Source of the DNA: Bdellovibrionota bacterium FG-1
Lineage (GTDB): Bacteria; Bdellovibrionota; UBA1018
Direction: 5' to 3'
Assembly (NCBI GenBank): GCA_051382295.1
Contig: JBBCAW010000013.1
Coordinates: 82,610-146,609, forward strand
DNA length: 64,000 nt
The notes beneath the pieces were generated by a model. The model was not told the DNA's origin. It ran no database searches and was given only the letters and a program-made list of their open reading frames with translations. Positions within the stretch are counted from its first letter, which is position 1. Each line of letters begins with the position of its first letter. The position numbers and the translations under genes were made by a program. Shown in pieces: positions 1 to 9,902 of the stretch.

Positions 1-614
1 TTTTTATGGGGCTTAGAATTTGAGAGACAGAAAAAATACCGTCTCCGCGAAAGGTTGAATTTTTTCAACACCGGATCAATCTCTTCCTGGTCAACCTTCT
101 CTAAAAAGCAGGGATCCAACGCATTAGGAATGACTTGAATTTCGCGAGGTCCCAGCCACTGCAATAATTCTTTTTTCGAAAATTCCGAAACGGTGGCGAT
201 TACTTTTGCCTTCAGTGCAAAGGGTTTCAGTACTCGTTCATAATAGGCCTTTTTTCCTCGACCGCCGAACTGAAGATGGTTGAGATCATGAATGGTCACC
301 ATCCACGGACAAGGAACCCGGAGCAGCGCCGAAAATGTGGGACTATGATAAAAACGAGCCTCGAGCTTTCGAAGGAGCACCGGAATTTCGATGAGTTCCC
401 AGGGACTCAGAAACCCTGACCCAACCCTCACTGTTTCGAAACCCGTAAAGGTTGCCATGGGGGCCTGGCTACTGGTCAAAAACACAGGCGAGTAAGGCAA
501 GGTCATTCCTCTTTCCACCTGCCTGAGCCCAGCCACCATCAGGGACACGTATCGCCCAAAACCGTGCGGAACTGCCCCCACCATTCGCGCATCAATGACA
601 ATTCGGGGTTTCAC
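1..614 (-). CDS. Glycosyltransferase family 4 (GT-B fold), runs off the window start
   Basis: Not in the ORF track; translated by hand from GTG 614: MKPRIVIDARMVGAVPHGFGRYV...VTIHDLNHLQ...VIATVSEFSKKELL...IQVIPNA. The start overlaps the upstream TGA (GTGA). Confidence 0.85.
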   Translation of the reverse strand, partial: MKPRIVIDARMVGAVPHGFGRYVSLMVAGLRQVERGMTLPYSPVFLTSSQAPMATFTGFETVRVGSGFLSPWELIEIPVLLRKLEARFYHSPTFSALLRVPCPWMVTIHDLNHLQFGGRGKKAYYERVLKPFALKAKVIATVSEFSKKELLQWLGPREIQVIPNALDPCFLEKVDQEEIDPVLKKFNLSRRRYFFCLSNSKPHK

Positions 615-1873
615 GAAGAGACCTCCTCGCGGAGCTTTGAACTCTCGGCCCAAAGAAGGATCCAAGCCACTGACCACATCATTTGATGCATGACCTTGCC
701 CTCCCAAAAATTAACTTGGGTCAAACCGTTCAGATGAAAACCGATCCACGCAAAAAGCAAACCGGATGAAAACCCCACGGAATTTCGAGAGGACACCCCG
801 ATGATTCGAAACAATAATCCACACCAAAGCAGCCAGGCCAACGCACCCAAAATTCCGGTTCCACCCATCATATCGATCAAATTATTATGTGCATGCCCGG
901 TAAAAACGGATCCGGCATTGGGCAAGGACTCCAAGTAATAGGATGAAGCCTCGATATTGCGGCGAAAGCCAGTGCCGGTCAAAGGGCGAAGCCTTAAGAA
1001 TTCAAGATTGGCCTTCCAAAGCTTCTCACGGTCACCAATACCCATCACAGCGGTGGCGCGTTGTTGAATGGAAGGAAGCTGCGCGATTCCTCCACCCAAG
1101 GCCACTAAAAGAGCGGCGGCGATGACCGCTTGTTTGCGAGGAAGTGCGTGAATCACCCAAATGAGAAGCGCCAGAGGAAGGCTTAACCACAGCATTCGTG
1201 AATAAGTCAGAAACAAAGTCGCAAAACCAAGAACGAGGCTCAAAAGTAAAAACCAGACAGGAAAAAGCCCCTTCAGGCGGGCGGGCCGCAAACGAGCGGT
1301 CCATTGCTGAGTCACCCAATCGAGCACGGCAAAGAACGGAAAAATGAAAATGCTCGCTACCGAAAGATGATGACCTAAAAAGAGCGTCGCGTGAAAATGG
1401 GTTTCATTTTTCGGAATCGGCTGAGACCTTGGCCAGCCGACAAAGTATTGAAAAATTCCGATAGCTGAAAGCACCGTAAAAGTGATGATCCAAGTTTTGA
1501 GAACGGTCGTCCGCTCGGCTTCATCCAAGCGACGCAGTCCAAGCACGAGCAAAATCGGCCAGGCAAAGTACCAGACCTTCGCCAAATCCCACCATTCTGG
1601 CTGCACAAAATGCCCGCCCCAACCCACCGGCCAAAACACCGCGCCCAAAAGACTGAGCGCCAGAGCCGCTACGAGCAGACCCGAAGCCCCACAAAATCGC
1701 CGTACCCAGAATCCGCGCGCCGTCTGAACGCTGGCCTGCCAAAGTCCGCGAGGGCCGCCACATTCCCAGACGAGGGCCGCAAAGAGGATCGCCGCGCCGA
1801 TACTCATCACAGCCATCGATATCAAAGTCGATGCCGCATAAAGGGCAAAGGCGAAAGTCAGACCTTTCTTCAT
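611..1873 (-). CDS. O-antigen ligase (WaaL/Wzy_C-like) family membrane protein
   Basis: Many TM segments; R..LW...PLTGTG and HAHNNLIDM motifs. Likely start ATG 1873 (MKKGLTF); the ORF extends to 1921. Confidence 0.8.
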   Translation of the reverse strand: MKKGLTFAFALYAASTLISMAVMSIGAAILFAALVWECGGPRGLWQASVQTARGFWVRRFCGASGLLVAALALSLLGAVFWPVGWGGHFVQPEWWDLAKVWYFAWPILLVLGLRRLDEAERTTVLKTWIITFTVLSAIGIFQYFVGWPRSQPIPKNETHFHATLFLGHHLSVASIFIFPFFAVLDWVTQQWTARLRPARLKGLFPVWFLLLSLVLGFATLFLTYSRMLWLSLPLALLIWVIHALPRKQAVIAAALLVALGGGIAQLPSIQQRATAVMGIGDREKLWKANLEFLRLRPLTGTGFRRNIEASSYYLESLPNAGSVFTGHAHNNLIDMMGGTGILGALAWLLWCGLLFRIIGVSSRNSVGFSSGLLFAWIGFHLNGLTQVNFWEGKVMHQMMWSVAWILLWAESSKLREEVSS

Positions 1874-2191
1874 GAGGAGACTATGCCTTTGGGTATTGCA
1901 ACCGAACAAGGGTAAAAGCAAAGACCACTATCGCAGCGGCGGTAATTTTTGATAACTATCTGAATTTTATAACAAAAACGACAACCCAAAGCCCCGTTTT
2001 GGCCATCACCTGCCGAGCAAAAGCCCGAGCGCCCCGGTTACAATTCGGCATCGCGACATCACGTCAGGAAAGTATGAGTAGAGTATGGGTGAAATATCTT
2101 GGGTTCGAGCGAAGTCGCCAGTAATTTGACACGCTTTGAAAGTAAGAACACAAATTCAAAAATTTTCGATTTTATTCCGATCAGTTACCAG

Positions 2192-2626
2192 ATGGCGTTG
2201 CCAATATTTAAGACGCGGCAAAAAACTTGGCTTTTAGGCCTTTTCATTCTTGCTCTCAAAATTCTTGAAAGCGGGAGTAACTCTCTTTGCCAAGCCGCCC
2301 CCCCTGTCTTTCCACAGGGCCCCGAAGGCTTCCGAATCGGAATGGAAATGGAATTTCTTCCGGAATCCTTTGCGCTTCTCACCCCGTACTTTGACTTCGA
2401 CCGACTTCAAAAAGAGCAAGGAAAAGAGATCACGGAATGGTTGCCCAATGCCTTTTGTGAGGACTACCTCAAAAATTCCCCTCAAGCTCTGGCCGACCTG
2501 CCTGCACCGCTTCGGGCCAAATTAACTCAAGGACTGCAGCTCGATTCCATCATCGTGCATGAAAAGCCTATACCTTTATCAACCGGATGCCTACGGAAAG
2601 GGGCTCATCGGTGTCATCAGCAATGA
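2192..2626 (+). CDS. Secreted hypothetical protein, N-terminal part of a probably broken gene
   Basis: Signal-peptide-like N-terminus and FRIGMEMEF motif; overlaps the next ORF out of frame by 68 bp. Confidence 0.45.
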   Translation: MALPIFKTRQKTWLLGLFILALKILESGSNSLCQAAPPVFPQGPEGFRIGMEMEFLPESFALLTPYFDFDRLQKEQGKEITEWLPNAFCEDYLKNSPQALADLPAPLRAKLTQGLQLDSIIVHEKPIPLSTGCLRKGAHRCHQQ

Positions 2627-3542
2627 TCGCATCGAAGCGAGAGCTCACCACTTAGCATTAAAAGAGGAATTAGAATTTAACATCAAAGCCCTCTCCCTTG
2701 ATGAAGACAAAGCCCTTCAGATGATCGATTCTGAGATCAAACATCTCCTGTCGGACTACGTCGTAGACAAAATCGCCGAACTCAAGGTGAGTTATTTGGT
2801 CGACTTTGTCCCCCTCATGAACCACGAACAACTTCGGCGAATTGAGCCAAAGCTCGAACTACTCGACTACCTAAGTAAACTTTCCAGTGGAAAGGTGCCC
2901 AAAGACTTCTGGACCCGTGCTCCCGAATTAATGACCAACTCAGATTCGAGTGTTGGAGAAAAAATTTCTTATTTTTTAAAAAACCAAAACTCCTGGCCTA
3001 ACGAATTTTGGGACCACATCCAAAAACTGCTCATGCACCCCAACCCCTCATTTCAAAAAATAGCCTGTTTAGCACTCCAGGGAAATGCGCCCTGGCCTGA
3101 AGAGATCTGGCGCCAAGTTCACGCACTCCTGAAAAGCCCTAATCAAAATTTGAGGAAAAATCTCATCGTTGCCATGAGGGGTCAGTCACAGCTGCCTGAT
3201 TTCATTTGGAATGAGCTTCCAAATGTCATGACCTCCAAGCCAGAAGTTCAAGAAGCACTCCTCGTCTTGTTAAAAAAACATGCGCAATGGCCAGAGCCCG
3301 TGTGGGAAATTCTTCCGACTTTAATATCGAAGGCCGACCGCTGGGTCCTTCACTCGATCTTCACTGCCCTTCAAACCCAATCCCACGGCTCCGAGGATTT
3401 TCGGGCTAAATTTCTGTCATTAATGGCAAAACTCCCTGAGAAGACCCGAGACAAAATCCCCGAAAATCTCCGTCTTCAACTCCTGCAACACCACGGAGGC
3501 TGCCTCTCCCAAGTCAACGCGCTTTTACCGCCGCTGCGATAG
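2559..3542 (+). CDS. Hypothetical protein with C-terminal HEAT-like helical repeats
   Basis: 327 aa with recurring (W/L)P-x-x-x-W-x-x-(L/I/V)-x-x-L units every ~36-38 aa. Confidence 0.6.
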   Translation: MKSLYLYQPDAYGKGLIGVISNDRIEARAHHLALKEELEFNIKALSLDEDKALQMIDSEIKHLLSDYVVDKIAELKVSYLVDFVPLMNHEQLRRIEPKLELLDYLSKLSSGKVPKDFWTRAPELMTNSDSSVGEKISYFLKNQNSWPNEFWDHIQKLLMHPNPSFQKIACLALQGNAPWPEEIWRQVHALLKSPNQNLRKNLIVAMRGQSQLPDFIWNELPNVMTSKPEVQEALLVLLKKHAQWPEPVWEILPTLISKADRWVLHSIFTALQTQSHGSEDFRAKFLSLMAKLPEKTRDKIPENLRLQLLQHHGGCLSQVNALLPPLR

Positions 3543-4388
3543 CACCGCCCCCTGCTTCAAAATCCCCACCCGCGCGAGCGCAAAATCATACCGAACCGGA
3601 TCCAGAGGATCATAAATTTTGAGGGCGGCTGTGACTTCCAAAGCCGCTAACCATCCCAAGCTCTTACGCTCGGTCAACCTGAGCTGCTGACTGATTCGAC
3701 CGGTATGAGTATCTAAAGGGATCACCAATTGCGAAGACCGCACAAAACGCCCCCCCGTAAAAGTGTGAGCCAGAGGCCCCCCCTCGGTCCACAACCCTGG
3801 ATCAATGCCATCTTTGCGCCCCATCCATCGTAACAACATGCACCAACGCTTGCAGCAACTCCCATCACGCGGCGCGGTTAGCAAATAGCCAAAGGAGCTA
3901 GCAGCCACTTGAGTGTCTAGTTTCACAGCCCATTTACGCCAATGATCCATCAAACTATCCAGTGCAACCGTAATATCCGAAGCGCCGGGTTCTAAACCCA
4001 ACACAAACTGCGCCCCCAGCGATCCATGAGTGCGCCAGCTTTGTTCCAAAAGCCTGAACAAAAGCACCAAATCCTCGCCGCGATTAAATCGGTGAACAAA
4101 GCCGACAAACTCGCTCTTTGCATGCCGCACCCCAGCAGCAGTACCCAACCTCTTCACAAAGGCCGATGGAGAATCCGTCCCCATCCTGTTCAGAGCATCC
4201 TGCACCGAGCGTTTGATCTGTTTGACATTTCCATAGGCTAAAAGAGCCGCTAGAACCGCTACAGCCTCCTGATCCCAGGGATCTGAATAGTGATGAACAA
4301 ACTCAAGTGGATCACTCGGAAGATAAGCTTCTCGGTGGAATTGTTCCTGAACGGAATTCAATAATTCAGGCAAGGACAGTCTCGGCAT
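3525..4388 (-). CDS. TIGR02757 / DUF2400 family protein
   Basis: Motifs SDP..FVH.Y, LAYGNVKQI, CKRWCMLLRWM, PLDTH and DPVRYDFAL. Confidence 0.85.
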   Translation of the reverse strand: MPRLSLPELLNSVQEQFHREAYLPSDPLEFVHHYSDPWDQEAVAVLAALLAYGNVKQIKRSVQDALNRMGTDSPSAFVKRLGTAAGVRHAKSEFVGFVHRFNRGEDLVLLFRLLEQSWRTHGSLGAQFVLGLEPGASDITVALDSLMDHWRKWAVKLDTQVAASSFGYLLTAPRDGSCCKRWCMLLRWMGRKDGIDPGLWTEGGPLAHTFTGGRFVRSSQLVIPLDTHTGRISQQLRLTERKSLGWLAALEVTAALKIYDPLDPVRYDFALARVGILKQGAVLSQRR

Positions 4389-4496
4389 GGGTGCCTCATA
4401 CCAAAATAAGCTCCACTTCGCCCAATTGCTTTACAAGGAATTCACTAGACTGGTAAACCCTCCCAAAGACCCCTTTCTGAGGAGACTCCCCGCGCT

Positions 4497-7400
4497 ATGA
4501 GAACCGACATTCGCAAGATCCTACTCATCGGCAGCGGCCCCATTGTCATCGGTCAAGCGTGCGAGTTCGACTACTCCGGCACGCAAGCACTCAAGGCTCT
4601 TAAAGAAGAGGGTTATCAAGTCGTTCTGGTCAACTCCAACCCCGCAACCATCATGACCGATCCGGAACTCTCGGACCGGGTTTACGTCGAACCGCTGACT
4701 CCCGAATTTTTAGAACGAATCATCGCAAAAGAACGTCCCGATGCTCTGCTGCCCACGATGGGCGGCCAAACCGCGTTGAATCTAACGATGGCGCTCCACA
4801 AGTCAGGGGTCCTCGCCAAATACCATGTCGAACTTCTCGGCGCTTCGCCCGAAGCAATCCACAAGGCCGAAGACCGCGAAACCTTCAAGGCCACGATGTC
4901 TGCCATCGGCGTCGATAGCGCCAGGAGCGCAGTCGCGCGCAGCCTGGATGACGCTCGTCGCATCATCCAGGAACTTGGGCTTCCACTCATCCTACGTCCG
5001 TCTTTTACCCTGGGTGGCGAAGGCGGAGGGACCGCCCACACTGAAGAGGAGTTTTTAGAAAAAGTCGAACGAGCGCTTTTCCTTTCGCCCACCGGCGATG
5101 TTTTAGTCGAGGAAAGCCTGATCGGCTGGAAGGAATTCGAACTCGAAGTCGTGCGCGATCGCAATGACAACGTCATCATTGTTTGCTCGATCGAAAACTT
5201 TGACCCTATGGGAGTGCACACCGGAGACTCGATTACGGTTGCCCCCGCTCAAACACTCACCGATCGCGAGTACCAACATCTCCGGGACCTGTCGATCCGG
5301 ATCATCCGCGCGATTGGCGTCGAAACCGGTGGCTCCAACATCCAGTTTGCGGTCAACCCCAAAGACGGCCGAGTCATCGTCATTGAAATGAATCCGCGAG
5401 TCTCGCGCTCATCAGCACTCGCCTCAAAAGCCACCGGTTTTCCAATCGCACGAGTCGCAGCCAAGCTCGCCGTTGGTTACACGTTAGACCAACTCACCAA
5501 TGACATCACCGGCACCACCCCTTGTTCGTTCGAACCTTCGTTGGACTATGTGGTCACCAAAATTCCGCGCTTTGACTTTGAAAAATTTCGACCCACTGAG
5601 CCTTTTTTGAGCACACAAATGAAGTCCGTCGGCGAAGTCATGGCCATTGGCCGCACTTTTGAAGAATCACTGGGCAAAGCCCTCGCGGGCCTTGAAACTG
5701 ATTCGCCTTGGTTCATGCCCCTCGAAAAACAAAAAGGCCTTCCCCCGGCCCCAGCAGGCTGGATCAAGGGACCACGATGGGACTTAATCGAAAACCCACA
5801 CTCACGACGAATTCTCGCCATCGGCGATGCCCTTCGCCAAGGAACCACTCCTGAAGAAATTGCCCGGCGTTCTCATATTGATCTTTGGTTTCTCCAAAGA
5901 ATCGCGCTGCTCTTGGATGGTGAAAAGCTCCTAAAATCCCAACCCTGGCCGCTTCCGGCAAAAGAACTCCGGGGTCTCAAGGAGCGCGGGTGGACTGACC
6001 GGGGCATCTCGGGGGTCCTCGGGATTCCAGAGGATCAGATTCGGATCGCGCGCGAAAAATTAGACATTCACGCCGCCTTTCATTCGGTGGATACTTGCGC
6101 CGCTGAATTTGAGGCAAAAACGCCCTATCTCTATAGTAGTTACCGGGGAAAAGACGAATCTAAAGTTTCCTCTCGCCCTAAGGTCATGATTTTGGGAGGG
6201 GGCCCCAATCGCATCGGACAGGGAATTGAATTCGACTACTGCTGCGTTCATGCCTCCATGGCCTTGCGCGCGATTGGATTCGAAACCATCATGGTCAACT
6301 CAAACCCTGAAACGGTAAGCACGGATTTTGATATTTCCGATAAGCTTTATTTTGAGCCTCTCACTCCCGAACATGTCCTCAATATCGCACGAGTCGAAAA
6401 ACCTCTCGGCGTGATCGTCCAGTTTGGCGGCCAAACCCCGCTAAAAATCGCCAAAGCGCTCGAGCAAGGTGGGCTCCGCGTTCTAGGCACTACCACCGAA
6501 AGTATCGACCAAGCCGAAAATCGTGGCAAATGCGAAGAACTCGTTCGTTCCTTGCGACCTCTTGGTCTTGAACAACCGGATGCCGCGACTGCCTTTACCA
6601 TTGACGAAGCCGTCGAGCGAGCCAATCAACTCGGTTATCCTGTTTTAGTGCGACCTTCTTATGTGCTCGGCGGAAAAGGCATGAAGATTGTCCACAGCGA
6701 GACTTCGCTCAGAGAATGGATCGAAGAAGCCATTCATGTCAGCGACACACACCCCGTCCTCATTGATCGCTTTTTAAATAAAGCCACCGAGGTCGACGTA
6801 GACGCCATCAGTGATGGCCACGAATGCTTTATCGGCGGTTTGATGGAGCATATCGAGGAAGCGGGAATTCACTCGGGCGACAGCGCCTGCTCACTTCCCG
6901 TCGCGACCCTTTCGGTGAGTATCTGTGATCGAATCCGGACCTACACGCGCGAACTCGCTAAACGCCTCAAAGTGGTTGGCCTCATGAACGCCCAGTTTGC
7001 GATTCAAGGGGACCGAATTTTCCTTTTAGAAGTGAACCCTCGTGCTTCGCGAACCGTGCCCTTCATCAGCAAAGCCGTAGGCAAGCCCCTGGCCAAAATC
7101 GCCGCGCAGGTCATGCTCGGCAAATCTTTGCAAGAACTCGGCATTCAAGAAGACCTTGACCTAGGCCTCACGACTTTTAACGTGAAAGCCCCGGTTTTTC
7201 CTTTCAATAAATTTCCAGGTGTTGATGTTCTCTTGGGACCCGAAATGAAATCCACCGGTGAAGTCATGGGGCGAGGGCGAACCTTTGCGGGCGCTTATGC
7301 AAAGGCGCTGGCGGCAGCAGGCATGACTTTGCCCTCAAGTGGAAATGCCTTTTTATCGATTCGCGACGAAGACAAGGCTGAAATTTTGATGATCGCCCAA

Positions 7401-7718
7401 GGATTAAAAGACCTGGGCTTTGAACTTTGGGGCACACACGGCACGGCGTCGTTTCTGAATAGTTATGATTTGGGGTGCACGCCGATCAATAAAGTCCGAG
7501 ATGGATCCCCCCATTGCGTCGATGCCATTCGCGAAGGCCGTTTTGCCCTAGTTATCAACACCACGTCCAACGAAGGCGCAATCAAGGACAGCTTCTCTAT
7601 CCGACGGGCCGCGCTTGAACGGAAGGTACCTTATAGCACCGTGACTTCTTCAGCCCGCGCCATGCTCGAGGGCATCAAAGAGCTACGCAAAGGCCCCCTT
7701 GAGATCCTTCCGTTATGA
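4497..7718 (+). CDS. carB: Carbamoyl-phosphate synthase large subunit
   Basis: [28 protein letters not shown], duplicated ATP-grasp halves, C-terminal MGS-like domain; 1073 aa. Confidence 0.98.
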   Translation: MRTDIRKILLIGSGPIVIGQACEFDYSGTQALKALKEEGYQVVLVNSNPATIMTDPELSDRVYVEPLTPEFLERIIAKERPDALLPTMGGQTALNLTMALHKSGVLAKYHVELLGASPEAIHKAEDRETFKATMSAIGVDSARSAVARSLDDARRIIQELGLPLILRPSFTLGGEGGGTAHTEEEFLEKVERALFLSPTGDVLVEESLIGWKEFELEVVRDRNDNVIIVCSIENFDPMGVHTGDSITVAPAQTLTDREYQHLRDLSIRIIRAIGVETGGSNIQFAVNPKDGRVIVIEMNPRVSRSSALASKATGFPIARVAAKLAVGYTLDQLTNDITGTTPCSFEPSLDYVVTKIPRFDFEKFRPTEPFLSTQMKSVGEVMAIGRTFEESLGKALAGLETDSPWFMPLEKQKGLPPAPAGWIKGPRWDLIENPHSRRILAIGDALRQGTTPEEIARRSHIDLWFLQRIALLLDGEKLLKSQPWPLPAKELRGLKERGWTDRGISGVLGIPEDQIRIAREKLDIHAAFHSVDTCAAEFEAKTPYLYSSYRGKDESKVSSRPKVMILGGGPNRIGQGIEFDYCCVHASMALRAIGFETIMVNSNPETVSTDFDISDKLYFEPLTPEHVLNIARVEKPLGVIVQFGGQTPLKIAKALEQGGLRVLGTTTESIDQAENRGKCEELVRSLRPLGLEQPDAATAFTIDEAVERANQLGYPVLVRPSYVLGGKGMKIVHSETSLREWIEEAIHVSDTHPVLIDRFLNKATEVDVDAISDGHECFIGGLMEHIEEAGIHSGDSACSLPVATLSVSICDRIRTYTRELAKRLKVVGLMNAQFAIQGDRIFLLEVNPRASRTVPFISKAVGKPLAKIAAQVMLGKSLQELGIQEDLDLGLTTFNVKAPVFPFNKFPGVDVLLGPEMKSTGEVMGRGRTFAGAYAKALAAAGMTLPSSGNAFLSIRDEDKAEILMIAQGLKDLGFELWGTHGTASFLNSYDLGCTPINKVRDGSPHCVDAIREGRFALVINTTSNEGAIKDSFSIRRAALERKVPYSTVTSSARAMLEGIKELRKGPLEILPL

Positions 7719-8923
7719 TGGGATTTCTTGGCTTCTCACTGGTCAGTTTCATCGCGTTAGTTCGGCTTTTGACACAAAATGTGCCCGGCCATTACCGGGT
7801 TTTTACGGGTGCCGGCCACGCCATTTGGAATGGCATCAATCCCTATGCTTCCGATTTTGGAACGGGAGTAGGCTATTTTTTTTACTCTCCCTTTTGCGCG
7901 ATGACTGTCTTTGGCCCCCTCTCGGTCCTTCCCGAAAAACTCGGCATGGCGATGTACATGCTCATTTCATGGGGCTTTTTTGTCTGGGGCGTCACCGCTT
8001 TTTGGAAAAGATGGGCGCAACCGTCCCACAACCGTTGGCTGCAATGGTTTTGGATCGCAATCGCGCCCCAAATGTTTGGCGGCATCCTCGCCAGCAAACT
8101 AGAAATCATCATTGCCGGACTTCTACTGCTCGCCCTGGCTTGGCTGTATGAGACCCCGAGAAAAACCTGGGCCGCGTGCACTCTGCTAGCGATGACCCTC
8201 AATTGGAAATTTCAGTCCATCCCAATAGTTGGACTCCTCTCGTTAGCCATGTGGATCATTCGCCGAGATTGGCGAACTCCCGTCCGAATGGGAGCGATGA
8301 TTATTGGGCTTTTTCTTTTACCGTTTGCCTTTTTTTCATCCGAGTTTTTGTTTCATGCCCAACAGACGTGGCAATCGAGCCTTTCACGTTTTGTGGGCGA
8401 GGCCTACCTGAATTACGAAAATCTGTTCACCTTCTTACATCAAGGCTTTGGCCTTCCTTTTACCTTCAAAATGACCCAAGTCCTCACCGGAGTGACGGGT
8501 GTCGCCTTTGCCGGCACCTTAGTCGTTTGGCTTCGGACCGTGTCAAAACGCCGGTTCACCCAAGAACAACAGATCCGAGGCGCAATCCTCTTGGTCACAG
8601 CCCTAGGATCCGCCTTCATGACAGCGTTTTCTCCGCTGGGGCAAAACAATGCGTTGATCTTGTATGCTCCACTTTTGCTCATTGGATTTATTTTAGGCGC
8701 TGATTTGCAGTCCGGGAAAAAAGGTTGGGTCGGGGTCTTAGTCCTGACTTTTGTGGGGATGACGCTACTCTATTCCGACTTAGTACCTTTACCCCTCCGA
8801 AATGAATTCCGAAACCTTTCCCTCAAGCCGGTTTTTTGCTTGGGCTTGGGAATCGCCATTGTGATCCAAACTTTTTTATTCGCAAAACAAGGACAAAGAG
8901 GGCCAAATCATGTCGCAACCTGA
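7715..8923 (+). CDS. Glycosyltransferase family 87 (DUF2029)-like membrane protein
   Basis: Multi-TM protein with G.NPY and FFYSP motifs; overlaps the carB stop. Confidence 0.7.
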   Translation: MMGFLGFSLVSFIALVRLLTQNVPGHYRVFTGAGHAIWNGINPYASDFGTGVGYFFYSPFCAMTVFGPLSVLPEKLGMAMYMLISWGFFVWGVTAFWKRWAQPSHNRWLQWFWIAIAPQMFGGILASKLEIIIAGLLLLALAWLYETPRKTWAACTLLAMTLNWKFQSIPIVGLLSLAMWIIRRDWRTPVRMGAMIIGLFLLPFAFFSSEFLFHAQQTWQSSLSRFVGEAYLNYENLFTFLHQGFGLPFTFKMTQVLTGVTGVAFAGTLVVWLRTVSKRRFTQEQQIRGAILLVTALGSAFMTAFSPLGQNNALILYAPLLLIGFILGADLQSGKKGWVGVLVLTFVGMTLLYSDLVPLPLRNEFRNLSLKPVFCLGLGIAIVIQTFLFAKQGQRGPNHVAT

Positions 8924-9215
8924 AACGACGACTGGTCATTGTTGGAAATGTGGACAAGCGCTCACGTTACTGGATTATGGCCGGCAGGACAGCTGCCGAA
9001 AATGCGGCTTAGATACCCGGGTTTGTAAGAACTGCATTCATTACGATCTTGACTACAATAATCATTGCCGGGAAAACCAAGCGGACCGTGTCGTTGAAAA
9101 AGAACGCGCCAATTTTTGCGATTATTTTAAGCCGAAAGCTGGCGGTGGTGCGAATGCCCCCACTCGGGATCACCTCAAGGCTGCGGCCGATGCCCTCTTC
9201 AAAAAGGGAACCTAA
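8910..9215 (+). CDS. Small Cys-rich, probable zinc-binding protein
   Basis: CWKC, CRKC, CKNC, C..E and RANFCDYF in 101 aa; in operon context. Confidence 0.75.
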   Translation: MSQPETTTGHCWKCGQALTLLDYGRQDSCRKCGLDTRVCKNCIHYDLDYNNHCRENQADRVVEKERANFCDYFKPKAGGGANAPTRDHLKAAADALFKKGT

Positions 9216-9218
9216 TTT

Positions 9219-9902
9219 ATGCCTCTCGTAGAAACCCGAAATATCAAAAAGTCCTACACCCGTGGCCATCAAGCGGTGGACGCTCTAAAAGGTGTTTCCC
9301 TCAGTATTGATCAAGGTCAGTTTGTTTCTATTATGGGACCGAGCGGTTCCGGCAAAAGCACGCTGATGCATATCATCGGTGGCCTGGATCGGCCCACCTC
9401 CGGTCAGGTGATTCTTTCTGGGCAGGGGATCGAGTCCTACTCCGATGACGAGCTTTCGGCCTTTCGGCGGCGAAGGCTCGGATTTATTTTTCAATTTTTT
9501 AACTTGCTCCCCACTCTCAGCGCCCTCGAAAACGTCGCGTTACCCTTGCTCCTCGACGGCAAGCCCATGCGTGAAATCGCACCGAAAGCCACTGAATTAC
9601 TGACCCTGATCGGCCTAAAAAATCGCATTGATCATCGCCCTGATCAGCTTTCAGGTGGCGAAATGCAACGCGTGGCGATTGCCCGCGCTTTGGTGACTGA
9701 TCCCCTTTTGATTTTGGCTGACGAACCCACGGGCAATCTCGACACCAAAACGGGCACCACAGTGTTGGAACTCCTCGCACAAATGGCCAAGGAACGGGGC
9801 CACACCATTTTGATGGTCACTCACGATCCTAAAGCGGCGTCCTTTGGAAATCGTCTGATCACTTTACGCGATGGCCTGATCGAGTCTGATGGTGCGATAT
9901 GA
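9219..9902 (+). CDS. ABC transporter ATP-binding protein (LolD/MacB-like)
   Basis: [25 protein letters not shown] and VTHD. Confidence 0.95.
   Translation: MPLVETRNIKKSYTRGHQAVDALKGVSLSIDQGQFVSIMGPSGSGKSTLMHIIGGLDRPTSGQVILSGQGIESYSDDELSAFRRRRLGFIFQFFNLLPTLSALENVALPLLLDGKPMREIAPKATELLTLIGLKNRIDHRPDQLSGGEMQRVAIARALVTDPLLILADEPTGNLDTKTGTTVLELLAQMAKERGHTILMVTHDPKAASFGNRLITLRDGLIESDGAI

Noticed and set aside
4497..7718. carB without adjacent carA
   Set aside because: Split carA/carB is common and not informative.
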